Assembly: GCA_035461245.1 (NCBI GenBank)
Contig: DATHVP010000030.1
Span: 19,991 to 83,990 of the forward strand
Length of the DNA: 64,000 nt
Direction of reading: 5' to 3'
Source of the DNA: Longimicrobiales bacterium
GTDB taxonomy: Bacteria > Gemmatimonadota > Gemmatimonadetes > Longimicrobiales > RSA9
Shown here one piece after another: positions 28,349 through 35,497 of the stretch. The first letter of the stretch is position 1. Each line of letters opens with the position of its first letter. The position numbers were made by a program, and so were the translations under genes. Below the pieces are notes generated by a model. That model was not told where the DNA came from. It was given only the letters and a program-made list of their open reading frames with translations, and made no database searches.

Positions 28349-29663
28349 GCGGATCCTGGTCGTCGATGACAGCCCCACGCAGCTGGAGGCGGCCCGTGCG
28401 CTGCTGGAACTGCGCGGCTACGACGTGGTGGTTGCCCGGAGCGGCGAGGCGGCGCTGGACAGGGTCCGGGCGGAGTCCTTCGACCTGGTCCTCAGCGACG
28501 TGATCATGCCGGGCATGAGTGGCTACGACCTGTGCAGCGCCATTCGTCGGGAGCTGGATACCCCGCCCCCCATCGTTCTGCTGACGAGCCTGAACGATCC
28601 GCGGGACATCGTCCGGGGCGTGGAGTGCGGCGCCGACAACTACATAACGAAGCCGTACGAGCCGACGCTGCTGGCAGACCGGATCCGCCACGTCATTGAC
28701 AACCACCGGCTGCGCATGCAGGCGCCGTCGGAAGGGCCGGTCCAGGTGAACTTCCTGGGCGAGACGTACACGATCGCATCGGACCCGGCCCAGATCCTGG
28801 CGCTGTTGCTGTCCAGCTTCGAGGAACTGATCCGCACGAATGCGGCGCTACAGGAGAGCAAGCGACAGGTTGCGGCGGCCCACGCCCGCGAATTGCAGCG
28901 GGAGCAGGAGGCCCGGGCCCGGGCTGAAGCGGACGCCCGGAACATGGAGCAGCTCAAGCGGAAGGCGGAGGCGGCGACGCGTGCCCGGGACGACGTGCTT
29001 GCCGCCGTGTCCCATGACCTGAAGAACCCGCTGGGCACCATCTACACCAGTGCGGCGCTGCTGCTGGACATGGAGATGGCGCCTGAGGCACAGCGTCGCC
29101 AGATGGACATCATCCGGCGCACCGCCCGGCGCATGGACCGTCTCATCCAGGACCTGCTGGACGTATCACGCATGGAGGCGGGCCGCTTCTCCGTGGAGGC
29201 GCAGGAGGAGAGTGGCCGGGCGCTGGTACTGGAGGCGCAGGACCTGCACGCCAGTCTGGCGTCGGCGAAGCACATCGATCTCGGCACGGACCTGCCGGAT
29301 GAGGATGTTGTGGTCCACGCGGACAGGCACCGCGTGCTGCAGGTGCTGTCGAACCTCATCGGCAACGCCGTGAAGTTCACGCCCGACGGCGGACGCATCA
29401 CCATTCGGCTGACGAAGACCGACGGCCATGCCCGCTTCGAGGTGAGCGACACGGGCGTCGGCATACCGGCGGCAGACCTGCCGCGCATCTTCGACCGGTT
29501 CTGGCACGCCGGCGAGGGCGGCGGCTCGGGGCTCGGCCTGGCTATCGCACAGGGCATTGTCCAGGCCCACGGCGGTGACATCCGCGCCGATAGCAGCGAC
29601 GGCGGCACGACGTTCAGCTTCACCCTCCCGCTGGCTGCGCCGTCGCTGTCCGCCCGGGAGTGA
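28338..29663 (+). CDS. hybrid receiver-histidine kinase (REC, coiled coil, HisKA, HATPase)
   Basis: REC (ILVVDDSPTQ...DLVLSDVIMPGMSG...YITKP), a coiled coil, the H box (LAAVSHDLKNPL), N box (NLIGNAVKFT) and G boxes (DTGVGI, GSGLGLAI). Start overlaps the cheB stop by 11 nt. Confidence 0.85.
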   Translation: MSTERILVVDDSPTQLEAARALLELRGYDVVVARSGEAALDRVRAESFDLVLSDVIMPGMSGYDLCSAIRRELDTPPPIVLLTSLNDPRDIVRGVECGADNYITKPYEPTLLADRIRHVIDNHRLRMQAPSEGPVQVNFLGETYTIASDPAQILALLLSSFEELIRTNAALQESKRQVAAAHARELQREQEARARAEADARNMEQLKRKAEAATRARDDVLAAVSHDLKNPLGTIYTSAALLLDMEMAPEAQRRQMDIIRRTARRMDRLIQDLLDVSRMEAGRFSVEAQEESGRALVLEAQDLHASLASAKHIDLGTDLPDEDVVVHADRHRVLQVLSNLIGNAVKFTPDGGRITIRLTKTDGHARFEVSDTGVGIPAADLPRIFDRFWHAGEGGGSGLGLAIAQGIVQAHGGDIRADSSDGGTTFSFTLPLAAPSLSARE

Positions 29664-31278
29664 GGAGCCACCAGCGTCGGACGGTGGCCACCGGACCCCG
29701 GGGATCCTCGTCCGGTACGTCCTGCAGTCGCGCCCGTGCGGCGTTGATGCCGCGGGCGTAGAACAGGAACAGCAGCGGCGACTCATCCAGCAGTGCCTGC
29801 TGGTATTCGCTCCACAGCCGGCGGGCCGTGTCCCGGTCCATGGTGATGGCGAGGCTGTCCAGCAGTGCGTCCAGGCGCGGGCTGTTGAAGCTGGTCCACT
29901 GCCGGGGGCTGCCCTGGTTGCGGGAATGGAACAGCTGCGAGTCGTCCTTGCGCAGCAGGTTGTCGGTCCAGTTGCCGATGGCCGCGTCGAAGTTGCGGAC
30001 CCGGCCGTCCGGTGTTTCATGGCCCTGCACGTCCGCCAGGAACGTGTTGAACTCCACCACCTCCGGCTGCGCGGCCACGCCGACCCGGGCCAGCTGGGCC
30101 TGGACGGCTTCTGCCAGGTCCCGATAGGAGCCGGCGCCGCTCCACACCTTGAGCTGGAACCGTAGCGGACGGCCGGTCTCGTCTTCGCGTATGCCGTCGC
30201 CATTGCGGTCCACCCAGCCGGCGCGGTCCAGCAGTGCGCGAGCGGAGTCAGGATCGAAGTCCAGCCGGCGCGCCGGGTCATACGCCCAGTGTACGGGCGT
30301 CGCCGACGCCCGGCCGGTCACGTTCAGCCCGCCCATGATGCCGTCCACCAGCGCCTGCCGGTCAATGGCCATGCCGATGGCCCGGCGCACATCCCGGTCC
30401 GCGAACCACAGGCGCTGGGTATTGAACGCCAGGAAGATCCAGTTCGGCACCGGGAACGTGAGGATGCGCACGTCGGCCGACGCCTGCAGCTGGGGCAGTT
30501 GTGGCGGCCGGATGGAGACGGCCAGGTCCACGCGTCCCGTCAGCACCTCCGTAATGAGGGACGCCTGCTCCGGCACCATGCGGTAGACCAGCCGGTCCAG
30601 CGGCGGCGGTCCCCCCAGTGCGTCCGGGAAGTGGGGATTGCTCTCAAATACCCAGTCCCGGTTGGTCCGCCGCACAAAGCGGAACGGCCCGTTGCCCACG
30701 GGCGCCAGCCCCAGCGGGTGCCGCGTCATCTGCGCCGCCGGCGTGCCGGCCAGCAGGTGCGCCGGCAACGGCGGCAGCAGGAAGAACGCCTCGAGGAAGT
30801 CAGGGTGTCGCTGTAGCCGGAACCGGATGGAGAACGAGTCCAGCACCTCGGGTTCCGGCGCGTACAGCTCGAAGGCGGCCGCGTCCACGTACGCGGTAGC
30901 AGGGTCTTTCGCATAACGGAATGTCTCGGCCACGTCGAAGGCGGTGGTCTGCCGGCCGTCATGCCACCGGATGTCCCGCCGCATGGCGAACGCCAGGACC
31001 AGCGAATCACTGCCGACGGCCGTTGTGTCCCACGCCTCGGCCAGCCAGGGTCGCAGCTGCAGCATCGAGTCCGGCATGACCAGTGGCATGTAGAGCGCGT
31101 ACCGCTCGATGGCCTTGTTCAGGTCGGTGATGCTGGCGAGGGGGTTCATGGCGCGCAGGTCAACATAGCCGCCGATGACGGCGGTGCCGCCGCGGACGGC
31201 CTCGGGCTGCGGCTCGGCACAGGCCAGCCCGGCAGCCATGACGGCCAGCAGCGCTGGCGTGGCTTTCATCCGCTGCAT
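29620..31278 (-). CDS. ABC-type family-5 (peptide/nickel-like) extracellular solute-binding protein, orphan
   Basis: Start moved to ATG 31278 (MQRMKATPALLAVMAAGLACAEP, a lipoprotein-like signal). Length of about 550 aa and the segments DIRWHDGRQTTAFDV and NPHFP are typical of SBP_bac_5. No permease or ATPase genes are adjacent. Confidence 0.75.
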   Translation of the reverse strand: MQRMKATPALLAVMAAGLACAEPQPEAVRGGTAVIGGYVDLRAMNPLASITDLNKAIERYALYMPLVMPDSMLQLRPWLAEAWDTTAVGSDSLVLAFAMRRDIRWHDGRQTTAFDVAETFRYAKDPATAYVDAAAFELYAPEPEVLDSFSIRFRLQRHPDFLEAFFLLPPLPAHLLAGTPAAQMTRHPLGLAPVGNGPFRFVRRTNRDWVFESNPHFPDALGGPPPLDRLVYRMVPEQASLITEVLTGRVDLAVSIRPPQLPQLQASADVRILTFPVPNWIFLAFNTQRLWFADRDVRRAIGMAIDRQALVDGIMGGLNVTGRASATPVHWAYDPARRLDFDPDSARALLDRAGWVDRNGDGIREDETGRPLRFQLKVWSGAGSYRDLAEAVQAQLARVGVAAQPEVVEFNTFLADVQGHETPDGRVRNFDAAIGNWTDNLLRKDDSQLFHSRNQGSPRQWTSFNSPRLDALLDSLAITMDRDTARRLWSEYQQALLDESPLLFLFYARGINAARARLQDVPDEDPRGPVATVRRWWLLTPGRTATAQPAGG

Positions 31279-31412
31279 AGCTTGCACCCTTCCCCCGTGA
31301 CGTCGCCGCTGCACCACCGCCGGCCCCAAGTATCGCACGGCCTGGCAGGTTCGTCGAGCAGCGCCGCGGCATATCGCCAGCGACGTCCCCGTCCCGACCT
31401 GCGGGAGGCCAC

Positions 31413-33734
31413 ATGATCCGATCCATCCGACACGCCCTGCTCGTGCCGCCGCTGATGGCGTGCGCGGCCGCTCTGCTGCTCCACGACACGACATCCGCTG
31501 GCGCACAGCAGGACGTCCGGCAGGACGCGCAGCAGGATGAGTTCGCGGAACTGGCGCGCCGGGCGCTGGCGCCCATCGAGGGCACCGTGACCGTGGCCGG
31601 GCTGCAGGACACGGTGGAGATCATCCGCGACCGGTGGGGTGTGCCGCATATCTACGCCCGCAACACGGATGACCTGTTCTTCGCCCAGGGCTTCGTCCAC
31701 GGGCAGGACCGGCTCTGGCAGATGGACATGTACCGCCGCATGTACGAGGGACGGATGGCGGAGGTCATGGGTGAGGACTACGTCGCCCATGACCGGCTGG
31801 CCCGGCTGGTGCGTTACCGCGGCCCCCTGGATGACCGGGAATGGACCACCTACCACCCGGAAGGGCGGCGCATCTTCCAGGCGTTCGCCGACGGCGTGAA
31901 CGCGTGGATTGACGAGGCCGGCGACAACCTGCCCGTGGAGTTTGTCCTTACGGGGCTGCGTCCGGAGCGCTGGAGCCCGGAAGTCTCCGTGTTGCGCACG
32001 CAGACGGCCATGCCGCTGGGCGACGCCCGGGCCGAGCTGAACCTGGCGCGGTCCGTGGCCCGGTACGGCGCGGGGGAGGCGAACAGGCGGGCCCGGCCCA
32101 GCCCGTGGCGGGAGCTGGAAGTGCCGGCCGGCCTCGACGTGGGCCTCATTGACGATGCGGTACTGGCGGGGCTGGCGGGCATGCGCACGGGCACACCCAG
32201 GCCGCCGCTGCTGCCGCGGTACCAGCGGCTGCGGGACGCACTGCCCTCGGAGAACCGCGGTGCGCAGGAGGACTCGCCAGGCAGCAACAACTGGGCGGTG
32301 AGCGGCTGGCTCACGGCCAGCGGCCAGGTCATGATGGCGAACGACCCGCACCGCAACGTGGCGAACCCGTCCATCCGGTACATTGTGCACCTGAACGCCC
32401 CCGGCTGGGACGTCATCGGCGCCACGGAAGCGCCGCTGCCTGGCGTGGCCATCGGCCACAACGGCCGCATCGCGTGGGGCCTTACCATCGTCGGCACGGA
32501 CCAGTCGGACGTGTACGTGGAACGCCTGAATCCCGCCAACCTCAGGGAGGTGGAGTACCGGGGGCGGTGGGAGCCGCTGCGCGTGGAGGTGGACACCATC
32601 GTCGTGAAGGATGGCGACGACGTCGTCATCGAGCATCTCTTCTCTCGTCATGGACCGATGTTCCACGTGGACAGCACGCGCCACCTGGGGTATGCGCTCC
32701 GGTCCACCATGCACGAGCCCGGCACCGCCGGCTACCTCGGCGCGCTGCGGTACAACGAGGTTGACGACTGCGTGCAGTTCCTGGATGAGCAGGTCTACTA
32801 CAATGCCCCCACGGAGAACATGGTGTGCGGGGACGTGCACGGGAACATCGCCTGGCAGGCGTCCGCGCTCTCGCCCCGGCGCCCCAACTGGCATGGCCGG
32901 CTGCCCGTGCCGGCGCACACCGGTGAGTACGAGTGGGACGGGTTCCGGGACGACCTGCCCCGGGAGCTGAACCCCGAGCGCGGCTGGATCGCCACGGCGA
33001 ACCACGACATCCACCCGCCCCACTATGACCCGCCGCTGTTCTTCAAGGCCGGGCCGCAGGACGCCCGCATGCGCCGCCTGGCGCAGCTCTTCTCATGGGG
33101 CTCGAAGTTCACGCTGGATGACATGAAGGCCATGCAGATGGACGCCTGGCTGCCGGCCGCCGCCGCCGACCTGCCACTGTTCCGGGGCTGGACGGGTTCG
33201 GATCCTGAACTGGAACGCGGGCGCGCCATGCTCGCAGCGTGGGACGCGCACCGGCGCAGGGACAGCGCACCGGCGGCACTCTACAACTACGTCGCCCGGC
33301 ACATGACGGATGCCATGCGCAACGCGTCGCCCGGGCCGACCCTGCAGCAGGCGCTGGAGCTGGCCCTCAGCGCGGGGCTGGCCGATCTCCGGGACGCGCA
33401 GGGCAGGGACCCGGCGCAGTGGCGGTGGGGGCGCATCCACCACAGCGAGTTCCCCCACGCCCTGGTCCGCGCATACGACATCCCCGGCGTGGAGCGGGAC
33501 GGCGGATCCGGCACGGTGGCCGCCACCGGCGCGACCTACCGGCAGATCATCGATTTCGCCGACCTGGACGGCTCGTTGGTCACCAACGCACCCGGCCAGT
33601 CGGCCCAGCCGGGCAGCCCGTTCTACGCGAACCTGGTGGACAACTGGGGCCGGGGCGAGTACTTCCCGCTGGCCTACTCCAGACAGGCCGTGGAGCGGAA
33701 CGCCGCCCATCGCCTGGTGCTGGTGCCGCGCTGA
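31413..33734 (+). CDS. penicillin-acylase-family Ntn hydrolase (possible acyl-homoserine-lactone or other N-acyl amidase)
   Basis: Signal peptide. RDRWGVPHIYARNTDDLFFAQGFVHGQDRLWQMD, GSNNWAVSG (the Ser nucleophile context) and a C-terminal GQSAQPGSPFYAN. Confidence 0.85.
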   Translation: MIRSIRHALLVPPLMACAAALLLHDTTSAGAQQDVRQDAQQDEFAELARRALAPIEGTVTVAGLQDTVEIIRDRWGVPHIYARNTDDLFFAQGFVHGQDRLWQMDMYRRMYEGRMAEVMGEDYVAHDRLARLVRYRGPLDDREWTTYHPEGRRIFQAFADGVNAWIDEAGDNLPVEFVLTGLRPERWSPEVSVLRTQTAMPLGDARAELNLARSVARYGAGEANRRARPSPWRELEVPAGLDVGLIDDAVLAGLAGMRTGTPRPPLLPRYQRLRDALPSENRGAQEDSPGSNNWAVSGWLTASGQVMMANDPHRNVANPSIRYIVHLNAPGWDVIGATEAPLPGVAIGHNGRIAWGLTIVGTDQSDVYVERLNPANLREVEYRGRWEPLRVEVDTIVVKDGDDVVIEHLFSRHGPMFHVDSTRHLGYALRSTMHEPGTAGYLGALRYNEVDDCVQFLDEQVYYNAPTENMVCGDVHGNIAWQASALSPRRPNWHGRLPVPAHTGEYEWDGFRDDLPRELNPERGWIATANHDIHPPHYDPPLFFKAGPQDARMRRLAQLFSWGSKFTLDDMKAMQMDAWLPAAAADLPLFRGWTGSDPELERGRAMLAAWDAHRRRDSAPAALYNYVARHMTDAMRNASPGPTLQQALELALSAGLADLRDAQGRDPAQWRWGRIHHSEFPHALVRAYDIPGVERDGGSGTVAATGATYRQIIDFADLDGSLVTNAPGQSAQPGSPFYANLVDNWGRGEYFPLAYSRQAVERNAAHRLVLVPR

Positions 33735-33826
33735 CACCAGTGCCACCACGCCAGTACATGTGCGGCCGGGGTTGAACGAGACGGCGACCGCGCCGATATT
33801 CCGGGGCACCCGAAAGTGGAGAACGA

Positions 33827-34261
33827 ATGCAGCACAGGTACCCTGAAATGATGATCGCGCCCATGCGGCGCGAGGTGACTGAGCTCGGCGCGGAGGAACT
33901 CCGCACGCCCGAAGCGGTGGACGCGTTCCTGGACGCCGCGAGCACTGGCACGGCGCTCATCGTTGTGAACTCCGTGTGCGGCTGTTCCGCCGGCAGCATG
34001 CGACCCGGCCTGGCGCAGGCGCTGGAGCAGGGGCTCCAGCCGGACGCGTTCGGCACCGTCTTCGCCGGCGCCGACGTGGAGGCCACCGAGCGGGCGCGGG
34101 AGCATTTCCAGCCGTTCCCGCCATCCTCGCCGGCCATTGCGGTGTTCCGGGACGGACGCCTGGTCACCGTCATCGAGCGGCGCCAGATCCAGGGGCATGC
34201 GCCGGACGCGATTGCCGGCGCACTGATGGAAGCCGTCCAGGCAGAGGCCGGCTCCGCGTAA
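33827..34261 (+). CDS. BrxA/BrxB-family bacilliredoxin (DUF1094/YphP-like)
   Basis: MIAPMRREVTELG...ALIVVNSVCGCSAGSMRP...VFAGADVEATERAREHF...SSPAIAVFRDGRLV is collinear with Bacillus YphP/YqiW, including the CGC active site. Confidence 0.85.
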   Translation: MQHRYPEMMIAPMRREVTELGAEELRTPEAVDAFLDAASTGTALIVVNSVCGCSAGSMRPGLAQALEQGLQPDAFGTVFAGADVEATERAREHFQPFPPSSPAIAVFRDGRLVTVIERRQIQGHAPDAIAGALMEAVQAEAGSA

Positions 34262-34306
34262 GGTCAGAGCGGCGCCGGCAGCCCATGCGCCGGCGTCGCC
34301 TCCGCC

Positions 34307-35455
34307 TCACAGCAGCCGTGACACCCGGAACGGCTCCAGGTCGAAGGCACTGCCACCCTCCAGCAGTTCATCCACAACCACCTCCGCCACGGCGGGCGCG
34401 AACTTGAAGCCGTGCCCCGAGCACGCACTCACCAGCATCACCTGCTCCAATTGCGGGTGTCGGTCAATCACGAAGTCCCCGTCGGGCGTGTTCGTGTAGA
34501 GGCAGACCTCGGCGGTGAGCGCCGTATGAGCCGCGCCCGGCATGTACGCATCCAGCAGGCGCCGCATGCGCTGCTCCTCGCCCATGCCCACGACGCGATC
34601 CACGGTGTCGGGATCCGCGGGTATCCCCTCATGGTGGATTCCTGCCTTCACGCCGTGGCCCAGGTCGGGGAACGTGTAGAACAGGCGATTGACGCCATAC
34701 TCCCAGATGACCACGGGACATGAGTCCGGACGGAACGCATGGAGTCCGGGCCCCGGCGCGAACCAGTGGGACACCTGCCGTTCGACGGCGAACGGCAGCT
34801 GAAGCGCCGGGCCCCGTTCCATCGCCAGTGCCGCGTTCATCCACGGGCCCGCAGCCAGGACGAGACGCCTGGCGCGGATCGTCCCAGCGGACGTGCCGAC
34901 GACGACGTCGCCATCATCGACAACGCGCCAGTCGTCCACTGACGTGCCCGTGTGCACCACCGCGCCATGGCCCCGCGCGAGATCGAGCAGCGTGCGCACG
35001 CAGAGTTCGGGCATGAGCGCCCCGGCCCGGGGCTCGAACACGCCAACCCAGTCGGCCTCGGGGTGCAGGCCGGGGAATCGGCTGCGGATGGCGCCGGCGT
35101 CCAGCATCTCGTGGGGCAGGCCGTGATCCCGTGCGCTGGCCAGCGAGCCCGTCACCAGCCGCCCATCGGCGGGGCCCACCATGAGGCCGCCGGTGCGCCG
35201 GTAGAGCACTGCGCCCGTCAGTTCCTCCAGCTCGGCCCACAGCTCGTAGGCACGCTGCACCAGTGGCACATAGAGGGGGTGCTCGAAGTACGCCTCCCGG
35301 ATGATCCGGGACCGGCCGTGTGAGGCGCCGAGGCCGTGGGGCGGCTCATGCCGATCCACGCCGACGACATCGGCGCCGCGCCGTGCCAGTTCATGGCACA
35401 GCGCAGCGCCGGTGACGCCCAGCCCGACGACGAGTACGTCCGTTCTGGTTTCCAT
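34307..35455 (-). CDS. FAD-dependent N-methyltryptophan/sarcosine oxidase family protein (SolA/MSOX-like)
   Basis: DVLVVGLGVTGAA dinucleotide fold. C-terminal CLYTNTPDGDFVID...SGHGFKFAPAV...FDLEPFRVSRL is collinear with E. coli SolA. Alternative GTG start at 35470. Confidence 0.8.
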   Translation of the reverse strand: METRTDVLVVGLGVTGAALCHELARRGADVVGVDRHEPPHGLGASHGRSRIIREAYFEHPLYVPLVQRAYELWAELEELTGAVLYRRTGGLMVGPADGRLVTGSLASARDHGLPHEMLDAGAIRSRFPGLHPEADWVGVFEPRAGALMPELCVRTLLDLARGHGAVVHTGTSVDDWRVVDDGDVVVGTSAGTIRARRLVLAAGPWMNAALAMERGPALQLPFAVERQVSHWFAPGPGLHAFRPDSCPVVIWEYGVNRLFYTFPDLGHGVKAGIHHEGIPADPDTVDRVVGMGEEQRMRRLLDAYMPGAAHTALTAEVCLYTNTPDGDFVIDRHPQLEQVMLVSACSGHGFKFAPAVAEVVVDELLEGGSAFDLEPFRVSRLL

Positions 35456-35497
35456 GCCCCACGGTACCACGACCGTGGGGAACCGGCCAGAGGACGC

